The notes below the pieces were generated by a model, which saw only the letters and a program-made list of their open reading frames with translations, had not been told where the DNA came from and searched no databases. Below are positions 47,295 to 56,314 of a DNA stretch of 64,000 nucleotides, piece after piece. Each line of letters begins with the position of its first letter. Position 1 is the stretch's first letter. The DNA comes from an uncultured Dehalococcoidales bacterium (GTDB lineage Bacteria; Chloroflexota; Dehalococcoidia; E44-bin15): positions 468 to 64,467 of the forward strand of contig CAYRYW010000009.1 of NCBI GenBank assembly GCA_964428725.1. The letters are read 5' to 3'. The position numbers and the translations under genes are program-made.

Positions 47295-49961
47295 GTGGCC
47301 AATAGACTGGCAAAGATAGCCGGCCAACTCGGCGCGGCTGTCGGCACCTTTCAAAAGAATAGGATGCAAGCTGTGCGGGGGAAACGGGCCCCGTTTCTGG
47401 CATCTATGGCTCAGCAGGGCAAATGGCGGGGGAGCGGCAGCGGATCAACCCGCCAAGCCCAGCGTCGGGCAGTCCAGAACAGTTGGGTGTTTGTGGCTTG
47501 CTCCTTCATATCTCGACAGGTCAGTGCTGCGGAATTCCAGGTATTCAAGCACCAGAAGGGGAAAAAGGACCCGGTGCGGGTGCCCGGCCATCCTCTGGAG
47601 GTTGTACTGCGCAGGCCCAACCCCTGGATGGGTAGCTCGTATATGTGGCAATACTCGGCCTGGTGGCAGCAACTGAATGGAAACTCCTATTGGTATTTGG
47701 GGCTGGACCGGGGAGGGGAGCTGGCAGAAATCTGGCCCATGCCGTCGGAGGATGTGGAACCGTTCCCAGGAGACGAAGAACGGTTTGTGGACTTCTATCG
47801 TTACACGGTGGGGGGGCATGCCTATGATATCCCGGCCGAGTATGTGGTTCACACTAAGCTGGTTAACCCCTTCGATGTCTTTCGGGGGATGAGCCCCCTG
47901 AAAGCAGCCATTTTGCCATCGGACGTGGATCTGTTCATGTCGAGGTGGAATGCGGCATTTTTCGGTAGAGACAACACTATGCCCTCTGCCATTATCAACA
48001 TTTCGAGTGAGGACCCAGAACATCCTCTGGAAGATTCGGACATAGCGGCCCTGAAGGAGGATCTTAGGCAGGATTACCACAGCATCAAGCGCAAGGCCGC
48101 CATCGTCAGCGCGGCCAAGCTGGAGGTGGAGCTCCTGGGGTGGAATCCCAAGGATTTAGATTTTATCCAGGGCAGACAGTTTACCAGAGAGGAAATTTAT
48201 GAGATATACGGCATTCCCCCTGGATTGCTGGACAAGAATGCCACCTATGCCAATAGCGCTAATGCTCGAATGGTCTTTAACAATTACACACTTTGGCCCC
48301 TGCTGGTTCTGACAGCGGAGCAGCTAACGGCGGAGCTCGTTTGGCCCTTATACGGGGAATCGTTCTCGGCCGGGTTCATCGATGTTAGGGAGACCAATAG
48401 GGAAACAGAGCTTCAAGAATTGGGCTCAGCCGGCCCCTACCTAACAATCGACGAGATCCGGGCCAAATTCTGGAAATTGCCCCCTCTACCCGATGGCCGG
48501 GGAGAGATCACTGCCGATGAATCACAGCGCGGGGATCTGGGCGGGGGCGGGGACAACCTGTTCGGCAGGGAACCGCCGGCGGGGCGGCCACCCGAAGGCC
48601 CCCCATCTGAGAGCCCACCGCCCAGCGATAAAGATCGGAGCCTGCCCCTTCGGGAGCCGCCAGCAGGGCAGCCCCTCCTCGAACCCGGGCCCGCAGATGA
48701 GCCCCCCAAGGGCAGCGCCAGCAATGAGCTGAGAGAGAGAATCGGCCGGCAGGATCTCCGGAATTGGAGAACCAAGGCAATTCGCAGTGTATCTAATGGG
48801 GAACCACTGCCAGTGGGCTTTCGTAGCAAGTTCCTGCCGGGGGAAGCCAAGACTGCAGTCTCCTCTGGGCTAAGGGCGCTGCAGGCCGTGCGCGGGGCTG
48901 CCGCGGACGATGTGGTGTTGAATTCTGTGAAGGCCCTATTTCAGGAGGTCAAGGTAAAACACTACCCTTTTGATCGGGGGGGTGCAACGGCCCCCATGAA
49001 GGCAGGGAGCAGCCGCCCATGGGATAGATTGGAAAGAACCGTACGCAAGCAAGTCAAGGAGGCGTTGGAGAGACAGGTTGGGCGTATCCTGGACCGAATT
49101 ACAAAGGACGGGGAGGCCGTCGTAAATGATGAGGCCTTCTGGACCGAGCATCGACAATCTATCCTGGATTCTTTAATGAACAGCCTGTCCAGGATCACCG
49201 AATTGGGGGTTGATAAAGCCCGCAGTAAGGTGAGGAGGGATGTAAGGGATTCGATCGATTGGGACCTTGTCAATAAGAGAGCCGAGGATTGGGCCAGGCA
49301 GCATGCCGCCGATCTGGTGACCCAGGTCACAGAGACTACCAGGGAGGAAATGCGCAGGGCTGTGGGGGATTGGATCAACTACGGGGAAGCCCTCCCAGAC
49401 CTACAGAGGCGCATAGAGGGCATCCTGAAGGAGGCCGAGGGGGACGCAAGAGAGGTTGCCGACAGGATCAAGAGGATGGTAGAGGAGCTGAAGGATAGGC
49501 TCCCAGATGAGACAGAAGAGGCTATCCTCCAGGCCATCCAGAGGGCGGGTGGTGATGTGGCCAGGTTGCGACGGGAATTGGGCAAAGTGGTAGGCAAGCT
49601 GGATGTGCCGTCATTGGTGGAGGTCCTAAAGCCCAGGGTAGCAGACCCAGCCAAGATCAAAGAACGGGCCCGCTTGATTGCGCAGACCGAATCGACGGGG
49701 GCGTATGCCTCGGGGAATGCGGAGGCGTGGCAAGAGGCTGGAGCGAAACCGGCTGTATTCAAACCGCCGGCCCATCCGGGATGCCGCTGCTATCTGCAAC
49801 CAAAGAAGCTGGGGGATATTTGGGTGATGGTTTGGTACACTGCCCGTGATGAGCTGGTATGCGAAGCTCCGATCGATACGCCTTGGGGCAAGGTCAATGG
49901 GTGCAAAGCACTGCACCGAGTGGTGGTGTCTGAGGGGCCCAAATTGGGCCGAAGGGTGTGA
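47295..49961 (+). CDS. portal protein fused to a MuF/SPP1-gp7-like minor head domain
   Basis: 888 codons, GTG start. N-terminal ~420 aa is portal-like (SWVFVACSFISRQ.., WNAAFFGRDNTMPSAII, EIYEIYGIPPGLL). A Pro-rich linker follows. The C-terminal ARLIAQTESTGAY ... HPGCRCYLQP is the MuF-type signature. Confidence 0.8.
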   Translation: MANRLAKIAGQLGAAVGTFQKNRMQAVRGKRAPFLASMAQQGKWRGSGSGSTRQAQRRAVQNSWVFVACSFISRQVSAAEFQVFKHQKGKKDPVRVPGHPLEVVLRRPNPWMGSSYMWQYSAWWQQLNGNSYWYLGLDRGGELAEIWPMPSEDVEPFPGDEERFVDFYRYTVGGHAYDIPAEYVVHTKLVNPFDVFRGMSPLKAAILPSDVDLFMSRWNAAFFGRDNTMPSAIINISSEDPEHPLEDSDIAALKEDLRQDYHSIKRKAAIVSAAKLEVELLGWNPKDLDFIQGRQFTREEIYEIYGIPPGLLDKNATYANSANARMVFNNYTLWPLLVLTAEQLTAELVWPLYGESFSAGFIDVRETNRETELQELGSAGPYLTIDEIRAKFWKLPPLPDGRGEITADESQRGDLGGGGDNLFGREPPAGRPPEGPPSESPPPSDKDRSLPLREPPAGQPLLEPGPADEPPKGSASNELRERIGRQDLRNWRTKAIRSVSNGEPLPVGFRSKFLPGEAKTAVSSGLRALQAVRGAAADDVVLNSVKALFQEVKVKHYPFDRGGATAPMKAGSSRPWDRLERTVRKQVKEALERQVGRILDRITKDGEAVVNDEAFWTEHRQSILDSLMNSLSRITELGVDKARSKVRRDVRDSIDWDLVNKRAEDWARQHAADLVTQVTETTREEMRRAVGDWINYGEALPDLQRRIEGILKEAEGDAREVADRIKRMVEELKDRLPDETEEAILQAIQRAGGDVARLRRELGKVVGKLDVPSLVEVLKPRVADPAKIKERARLIAQTESTGAYASGNAEAWQEAGAKPAVFKPPAHPGCRCYLQPKKLGDIWVMVWYTARDELVCEAPIDTPWGKVNGCKALHRVVVSEGPKLGRRV

Positions 49962-50488
49962 TGCCTGACGCTTTCGAGATCCATGGCGTAGACGAGCTGA
50001 AGCAGTTCGTGGACCATTTTGTCAGCACTGCGTATCTGACAGCAGCCAAGATGGGAATGGAACACGCCTTGATGTTGCTGCACGGCCGGCTCCCTGAGTA
50101 TCCTCCGCCCCCAGAGAAGGGGGAAGCATCGAAGCACTGGACAGATAAGCAGCGGCGGTGGTTTTTCTGGGCCCTGAAGAAGGGCTTAATAGAGGCGGAA
50201 TACAAACGGACTGGGACTCTGGGCAGGAAATTCACGACCGAGGTCCGGGTCGAGGGGGTGGACATCAGTGGGTCTTTTGGCAATGACTGCCCGTACGCCC
50301 CGTGGGTAGTGGGTCCGCCGGAATCCGAGCCCCTAACGTTTGGTGGGGTGATAATGTTTCAGGCCCCTATCCATCGGGGGAGATGGTGGCAATTCTTCGA
50401 CGAGGTGAAGAAGAACCTGCCGGACGCAGAGAAGGAGCTCGTATCTGTGGTGTGGACGGAGATCGGAAAAGCCTGGGAGACCGCGTGA
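49958..50488 (+). CDS. hypothetical head/neck protein (HK97 gp10-like?)
   Basis: 176 codons, coupled. KRTGTLGRKF and PYAPWV resemble gp10-type neck proteins. Weak call. Confidence 0.4.
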   Translation: MMPDAFEIHGVDELKQFVDHFVSTAYLTAAKMGMEHALMLLHGRLPEYPPPPEKGEASKHWTDKQRRWFFWALKKGLIEAEYKRTGTLGRKFTTEVRVEGVDISGSFGNDCPYAPWVVGPPESEPLTFGGVIMFQAPIHRGRWWQFFDEVKKNLPDAEKELVSVVWTEIGKAWETA

Positions 50489-51282
50489 TGGCAGGGATGG
50501 CGGCGATTCGACTCCCTGGGTCTTTAATAGCGGCCTGCAGGGCCTATGTCCGGGAAATAAAGAGAATAGAGCGCGAATTCGAGCGCTACTACCCCAAATT
50601 GCCGGCGGGATCTCTCACGGTGATAGAGAGGGATCGACGCAGATTGCACGATCGGGTCATCGCTGAGTTGCGAAAGATCGGGGCCAGATCCCTGGAGAGA
50701 GCAGACGCTACTCTATTGGCATACGCCATAGTCGACGGCCAGTACACGGGGCAAGAAGACCCAAAAGAGTGGCTGAAGAGGGAGGGCTGGTTGGTGGATG
50801 CCCCACAGCATTCCAAGGCCGCATTATTGGAGGACATCATCGTTGACGAAGTTGCCCGATCTCTGAAAGCCCTGGGGATCCGAGTTGTCTCGGTCAAGGC
50901 CAGGGGCCAATTGTTTCGGGAGCTCCAGGCTTTGCGGGGGAGAATGGCCAGGGCGGCCCAACGGGTCTATGACCGGTGGCAGCCTGGAGACTATGGCGGT
51001 GGCGGTGCCTGTGACGACATAGCGGGCGCGCTCCTCGATGTGGCCCTAGATGCTAGGAGTGCGGACGGGGGGCGGGTAGCCGGTTGGGCAGCAGATCACG
51101 CTTTCGCTCTGGTCTGGAGCGATGAATTGGGAGAGGCATGCAGAGTTGACATCTCACCCTACACCTACGAGACCGGTGGAGGTTACAATTGGGACAAGAT
51201 CGAGGGGGTTCGATTCTCTTCAGGCGATGTCTATGTCGAGGACATCTCTGAGGATATCGAGCACATAAAAGGGGGGCATTGA
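50488..51282 (+). CDS. hypothetical protein
   Basis: The ATG at 50488 shares a base with the upstream stop (TGATG). 264 aa. Confidence 0.45.
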   Translation: MAGMAAIRLPGSLIAACRAYVREIKRIEREFERYYPKLPAGSLTVIERDRRRLHDRVIAELRKIGARSLERADATLLAYAIVDGQYTGQEDPKEWLKREGWLVDAPQHSKAALLEDIIVDEVARSLKALGIRVVSVKARGQLFRELQALRGRMARAAQRVYDRWQPGDYGGGGACDDIAGALLDVALDARSADGGRVAGWAADHAFALVWSDELGEACRVDISPYTYETGGGYNWDKIEGVRFSSGDVYVEDISEDIEHIKGGH

Positions 51283-51283
51283 G

Positions 51284-51649
51284 ATGGGAAGGAATCGAAT
51301 GGCCGAAGGATTGGTCAACAGGATAACTGCCCAAATTGTTGGCGTACGCTACCCGGCCAGTGGGCTAAAGGCCGGATTTGGGTCTGTGGAGGGCCTAATC
51401 CAGGCGATGAAGCGGGCCGGCTGGAGAAACGTGACAGAATCTGGGGACGCGGTTATTGGAGAGGCCCGCACTTCTGCCGGCGAATTCAGCATAGAGGCTG
51501 TGCAAGCGGTGAACAATGGCGGTGAACCCAACTTCTGGAGTGTGTTCGGCATCATCGATGACCTTGATGCTGAGGTTCACATGCGATACTCCTTGGGGCG
51601 GGTTCCCGGGCCCAGGGATGTGGAGAGAGTGATCGAGCGGGAGCTGTAG
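51284..51649 (+). CDS. hypothetical protein (N-terminal LVNRITAQI..GLKAGFG)
   Basis: 121 codons, directly upstream of the protease-capsid gene. Confidence 0.45.
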   Translation: MGRNRMAEGLVNRITAQIVGVRYPASGLKAGFGSVEGLIQAMKRAGWRNVTESGDAVIGEARTSAGEFSIEAVQAVNNGGEPNFWSVFGIIDDLDAEVHMRYSLGRVPGPRDVERVIEREL

Positions 51650-51661
51650 AGGGAACGGCCG

Positions 51662-54478
51662 ATGCCATATGGTGTATTCAAAACCGGTTCCGGAAGTGAC
51701 CCCTACTGTGTCTACAAGACTGATGGTGACGGGCACAGAATGGGGGAGGCATTCGGGTGTCACCCCTCAGAAGAAGAAGCAAGGGGGCAGATTATGGCTA
51801 TAGGGGCTAGATCCCATACCAGGGCGTCGGTTGGGGATTTTCTGTTATCGGTTAAGGCCAATGTGGGCGGCCTGATGGAGGGCCAAATCCATCAGGTGTT
51901 TTCCGTCATCGCCGATCAGCTCTTGCAATTGGGCGTGATTGACAGAGACCAGCGTATAGAGCTGTCGTCAGCCATTGGGGATTCATTGGACAGCTTGCAC
52001 AAGGTCATCGAGAAGCACGGCCTGGACAACACCGAACTGTCTGCTGAGGCAGTGGAAACCCTGATGGGCGGCCGGCTCCTGGGGGGTGGGGAGGATAAGG
52101 GAGCTCCTCCTCCAGCCGAACGACAGCCCCAGCCGTCAGCACAGCGTCCCCAAGAAGAGCAGGCGGCTAGGGCCCTGACGCTTGAGGAAACCCTGGTTTC
52201 ATCGGGTAGCGGTCTTAAGGCTGTGGGCGATGGCTGGGTAGAGGGATATCTAGTAGTTTGGTCTCCCAACAAGCAGCGGGATCTGGGAGGCGACTATTTC
52301 GATGACAAAACAGATCTCGGCTGGGAAGGGCGGGAAAGCAGAACCGCACTTTACCACCACGGCCTGGATCACACGATGGGCAAGAAATCTCTAGGAAGCG
52401 GCTGGGAATTTGTGCGGCGCGACGATGTGGGCTTGTGGGTTCGCACACAGTTGGACATGCGCGATCGTTACGAGAGTGCTATCTACAAACTGTGCGAGAT
52501 GGGCAAGATGGGGCTCAGTAGTGGAACGGCATCGCACATGATAGTCCGTGAGGACGACGGCCGCATGGCTAGATGGCCGATCGTTGAGGGCAGCTTTACC
52601 CCTGCCCCGATGGAACCACGAACGATGGTCTCCCCTCTGGGTGAAATCGCGGGTAGAGCGGTTCCGTTTAAGTCTTTGCTGTCAGAACTCGAAGGCGGTG
52701 TTATAGGGGCACCTAACGCTAGAGGGCCCGAGAACACTCGCGGGGGGATGGGCAATGACGATTGGATTAGTTGGTACCTTGGCATACTGGATCGGGAGGT
52801 AAAAGCGATGACAGTAGATGAATTGATTGGGACCCTCAGAGAGTTGGTCCCGGAACTGAACGATGACCAGCTACAGCAGATCCAGTCTATCCTCCAGTTG
52901 GGAATGGGCGAGACCCCAGTGGGGGGAGACGAGGAAATGCGAGCGTGGACGGGCGGCGGCTACATCGACCCATGGAAAGCCGCTGCTGAGCTGGACACTA
53001 TCCTGGACACTATCCAGAGCGTGGTTCAGCTCGATGACGACAAGCTGGCCAAGATCACTTCTGTTCTTCAGTTGGCCCTGCAGGGAGCGGCCGAGGAGGC
53101 TGGAGAAGGGAGCTATATGGAGGACTACGAGGACGAGGTCGTGGCTCCCATGGCTGAAGAGGTGGTCGCTGGTGAGGAGGTAACAGAGGAGGAAATTCGA
53201 TCGATCGTCAGTGATGCGGTGTATGGAGCGATGGGCAGCGGCCCGAGAGTGAGACCCCGCCGTCGGGCAGTCTCTCGTCCCCCGTATGCTTTCACTCCGT
53301 CCGCACGCGTTGGAGGTAACGATATGTCAGCAGGCAAAGCGGCCCAGGTTCTTCGCTATGGGCATCCGGATGCGGCGGTCAAGGCCATCGCCACAGACTT
53401 GTACGGCGGCAATTACGAAGCGCTGCGGTATAAACAGCACAAGGCCTTCGGGGCATTCTTGAGACACGGTGAGCGGGCCCTGAGTGATGACTACCAGCGG
53501 GCTATGAAGACCGTTGTACTCACTCCTACCCAGTTGAAGGCATTCGCCTTGAGTGGGGTCGATGTTTCGTCCTTCAAGACCGAGATGTCGGAAGTCGTGG
53601 ACGATCTGGGTGGGTGGTTGGCCCCAGAGGATTTCCGCACGGACATGATCGAGCGGCTGCCCGGCTTGACAGTGGTTCGGCGTCGGGCGGATGTGCTGCA
53701 GACTGGGTCAGACATGATGTCCCGCGTCAAGGTGACCGGTGGGGGTGATCGATATACCTCCGCAGTCCGGGTGACTTGGGTTGGAGATGTGCCTTCCGAG
53801 GGAGACGCTGATACCAATCCCACCTTCGGCGTTGAGCGCACGCCGATCCACATTGCCAAAGCAGTTGTGTACGTCCCCATGTCCTTGCTGGAGGATACGC
53901 CCTTCCCGCTGGTGGAGAAGATCAACCAGTGGGTTTCTGAGGCGTATGCCCTCGACGAGGATGAGCAGTTTCTGGTGGGCGATGGCATCGCCAAGCCCGA
54001 GGGCATCCTGCCCGACGAGGGCAACGGCAACGATCTGGAAAGCGTGGCCTCTGGGGATGCCGACACTGTCACGTTCGACGGATTGGTAGGCATGCGCTAT
54101 GGGATTGGCCGCCAGTATCGGCAAGGTGCATGCTGGACCATGAACGACTCTACCGCCAGCGTGATCGCCAAACTGAAAGATGGAGACGGGCGGTACCTGT
54201 GGCAAACCAGCAATCAGGAAGGCGAGCCGGACCGCATGCTGGGCTACCCGGTGGAAACCTCCGAGGCCATGCCAGATGTAGCGGCCGGTGCCTTCCCCGT
54301 TACCTTTGGGAATTACAACCAGGGCTACCAGATTGCCGATCGTATCGGCATGAGCGTGGTTCGGGATGATGTCACCAAGGCGGAGGAGGATCTGGTCAAA
54401 TTCATCTTCCGGCGTCGGCTCGGTGGTCAGCTCAAGGCTGAGTGGGCCTTCTGCGTGATGGAGATTTCGGCCAGCTAG
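51662..54478 (+). CDS. single polypeptide: N-terminal domain + HK97-type prohead protease + acidic scaffold-like linker + HK97-fold major capsid protein
   Basis: 938 codons. The protease region is WVEGYLVVWSPNKQRDLGGDYF..ALYHHGLD..GLSSGT. An E/D-rich linker follows. The C-terminal ~400 aa is capsid-like (..LTVVRRRADVL.., ..DEDEQFLVGDGIAKPEGIL.., ..GYPVETSEAMP..). Confidence 0.8.
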   Translation: MPYGVFKTGSGSDPYCVYKTDGDGHRMGEAFGCHPSEEEARGQIMAIGARSHTRASVGDFLLSVKANVGGLMEGQIHQVFSVIADQLLQLGVIDRDQRIELSSAIGDSLDSLHKVIEKHGLDNTELSAEAVETLMGGRLLGGGEDKGAPPPAERQPQPSAQRPQEEQAARALTLEETLVSSGSGLKAVGDGWVEGYLVVWSPNKQRDLGGDYFDDKTDLGWEGRESRTALYHHGLDHTMGKKSLGSGWEFVRRDDVGLWVRTQLDMRDRYESAIYKLCEMGKMGLSSGTASHMIVREDDGRMARWPIVEGSFTPAPMEPRTMVSPLGEIAGRAVPFKSLLSELEGGVIGAPNARGPENTRGGMGNDDWISWYLGILDREVKAMTVDELIGTLRELVPELNDDQLQQIQSILQLGMGETPVGGDEEMRAWTGGGYIDPWKAAAELDTILDTIQSVVQLDDDKLAKITSVLQLALQGAAEEAGEGSYMEDYEDEVVAPMAEEVVAGEEVTEEEIRSIVSDAVYGAMGSGPRVRPRRRAVSRPPYAFTPSARVGGNDMSAGKAAQVLRYGHPDAAVKAIATDLYGGNYEALRYKQHKAFGAFLRHGERALSDDYQRAMKTVVLTPTQLKAFALSGVDVSSFKTEMSEVVDDLGGWLAPEDFRTDMIERLPGLTVVRRRADVLQTGSDMMSRVKVTGGGDRYTSAVRVTWVGDVPSEGDADTNPTFGVERTPIHIAKAVVYVPMSLLEDTPFPLVEKINQWVSEAYALDEDEQFLVGDGIAKPEGILPDEGNGNDLESVASGDADTVTFDGLVGMRYGIGRQYRQGACWTMNDSTASVIAKLKDGDGRYLWQTSNQEGEPDRMLGYPVETSEAMPDVAAGAFPVTFGNYNQGYQIADRIGMSVVRDDVTKAEEDLVKFIFRRRLGGQLKAEWAFCVMEISAS

Positions 54479-54493
54479 TTTGGAGAAACCCCT

Positions 54494-54526
54494 GCTGGGG
54501 GGATGGCCAGCACTTCTCCCCCCAGC
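54494..54526 (+). terminator. GC-rich hairpin between capsid and decoration genes (no U tract)
   Basis: GCTGGGGGGA (54494-54503) pairs with TCCCCCCAGC (54517-54526), with a 13-nt loop. Confidence 0.35.
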
Positions 54527-54553
54527 ATACGATAGATAAATGGAGGATAAACG

Positions 54554-54997
54554 ATGAACGTTCACACACCGAGTGATAGCGTACTCACCAAGCAGGCCCT
54601 GGCCCCACAGGACATTGGCACGGGCGCTACCGTCAACGGAACCGGCGTTGATTGTCTGGGGCATGAGGTGGCCGTGCTAGAAGTCAACGCGGGGGCCATC
54701 GATTCTGGGGCCAACAAGAGCGTGACGGTCAAGCTGCAGGAGAGCTCAGATGACGGAGACTCCGATGCCTATGCGGACGTCACCGACGCCACGACGGGGG
54801 CCATCGACAACGACGGGCAGAACGAGCCCTATCTGATCGAGGTCAACCTGTCTGAGCGCGAGCGGTATCTGCGTGCTGTGGCCACCGGGGGCAGCGCCGA
54901 TGGCGGCCTGGTCGGGGCAGTTCTCAACCTGTATCGATCTCGTCACAATCCGCCCACCCAGGATAATACCGTGGTTCAGATCGGCTTCTCTTCGTAG
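54554..54997 (+). CDS. head decoration / capsid accessory protein (candidate)
   Basis: 147 codons, directly after the capsid gene with a strong RBS (TGGAGGATAAACG ATG). Beta-rich. Confidence 0.45.
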   Translation: MNVHTPSDSVLTKQALAPQDIGTGATVNGTGVDCLGHEVAVLEVNAGAIDSGANKSVTVKLQESSDDGDSDAYADVTDATTGAIDNDGQNEPYLIEVNLSERERYLRAVATGGSADGGLVGAVLNLYRSRHNPPTQDNTVVQIGFSS

Positions 54998-55023
54998 GGC
55001 CTGTCAACACGAATAATCGTGGG

Positions 55024-55050
55024 CACACGGGGGGCATCGCTCCCCGTGTG
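55024..55050 (+). terminator. GC-rich hairpin after the decoration gene (no U tract)
   Basis: CACACGGGG (55024-55032) pairs with CCCCGTGTG (55042-55050), with a 9-nt loop. Confidence 0.35.
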
Positions 55051-55066
55051 CTCCTGGAGAACAACC

Positions 55067-55918
55067 ATGAATCGTGCACGGCTTATGCTAGAGGCCAGCA
55101 GGATGCCCGCACATATGAAGGCTGTAACCAGGGAGGGCCCCTTTCTCAGAAGGGTTACTAGAACCAGGGGTATCCTCAGTGCTCAGATTCGCGGGGATCT
55201 GGTAGATGTGGCTTTCGATCCCCGCGAGATAAGGATCGGGACAGTTGACAATCTCCTGTTTAACGCGGCGGGGGACCAGGGCCTGTCTTCTGAACGCGTA
55301 TCCGGGCCGAAGAGATCTGCTAGAGCATATCAGCTAACTGCCACGTACCGGGTAGAAGCTGGGGGGAAGGCGATCAATGAGGATCTGACACTCCACGATG
55401 CCCGCACTCTGTCCAGCGGAACTATCGCCACCTTGACCGGGCTGAACAAATACAGCGATCTGGATAAAGTGCAGGGGGCATTCGTGGATTTTGTGGAGGA
55501 AAGTGGGCCCGGGAAATTTCCCAATTGGCAAGCGGCGTGGCGGGCTTTCGAGGTGGAATTAAAGCGTGGCAAAGCCGGTAGAGCGCTCAGCAGAGAGTTG
55601 AGCCAACCGATGCGCCTGAAAGCCTCGCGGCTTCTGCTATCTGACTCGGCCCGGATTTCCCCGCTGAAGTATGAGATCACCCCAGAGATCGAGGGGTGGA
55701 TGCAAGATGCTGTGGACGATCTGGACGGCATTTGCAGAACGTTTGCTGCCCTGGTTAGGGAGTTGACCCACTTACAATCTGCAGCCCCCATATCCGCCCG
55801 AAGAATCGGGCATTACGAAGGATTGGCCGAGGCGGTGCAGAAGGCCGCCGAAGCCATCAGGCTTCTTCGCAGGGAGCAGCGCCATATGGGGGAGGACCTG
55901 CAGACATACGGCAAATGA
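55067..55918 (+). CDS. hypothetical head-module protein
   Basis: The ATG at 55067 lies downstream of the hairpin. The track ORF starts at a GTG at 55019, before the hairpin, and runs through it. Confidence 0.45.
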   Translation: MNRARLMLEASRMPAHMKAVTREGPFLRRVTRTRGILSAQIRGDLVDVAFDPREIRIGTVDNLLFNAAGDQGLSSERVSGPKRSARAYQLTATYRVEAGGKAINEDLTLHDARTLSSGTIATLTGLNKYSDLDKVQGAFVDFVEESGPGKFPNWQAAWRAFEVELKRGKAGRALSRELSQPMRLKASRLLLSDSARISPLKYEITPEIEGWMQDAVDDLDGICRTFAALVRELTHLQSAAPISARRIGHYEGLAEAVQKAAEAIRLLRREQRHMGEDLQTYGK

Positions 55919-56295
55919 TGCGCCCGATCCACCAGAGGTCTCTCGGAGGATTGCCGCAGTCGTGTTATGGGAGATGGGAGACACAATTAATGCCCAATTT
56001 GGACTACGCTTTAGCATCCGGATGGGTGACATTTGACCAGCTAAAGGCAGGCGGAGACGTCAATGTCAAGCCTCAGATCGATAGATTGGTTAGGGCAGAA
56101 TACCAGAAGTACAATGCCCTGCTTGCCGATATGCAGATCGCCCGTGGGGCCCGGCTCAGGAAGTTGGAAAGGCTGCAGGGGCAATGGTCCAGACACATGG
56201 GTGAGGTGGACAAGATCGGGAGGAAGGAAAGGCCGGAGTATGTGGATCTGCGGATGCTGCAGGGCTTGATCAGAGGTCGTCCCCCAACCGCATAG
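55915..56295 (+). CDS. hypothetical protein carrying LKAGGDV motif
   Basis: 126 codons, ATGA coupling; alternative ATG at 55990. Contains ..ALASGWVTFDQLKAGGDVNVK. Confidence 0.45.
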   Translation: MMRPIHQRSLGGLPQSCYGRWETQLMPNLDYALASGWVTFDQLKAGGDVNVKPQIDRLVRAEYQKYNALLADMQIARGARLRKLERLQGQWSRHMGEVDKIGRKERPEYVDLRMLQGLIRGRPPTA

Positions 56296-56314
56296 AGAAA
56301 CAAGGAGGGAAACG

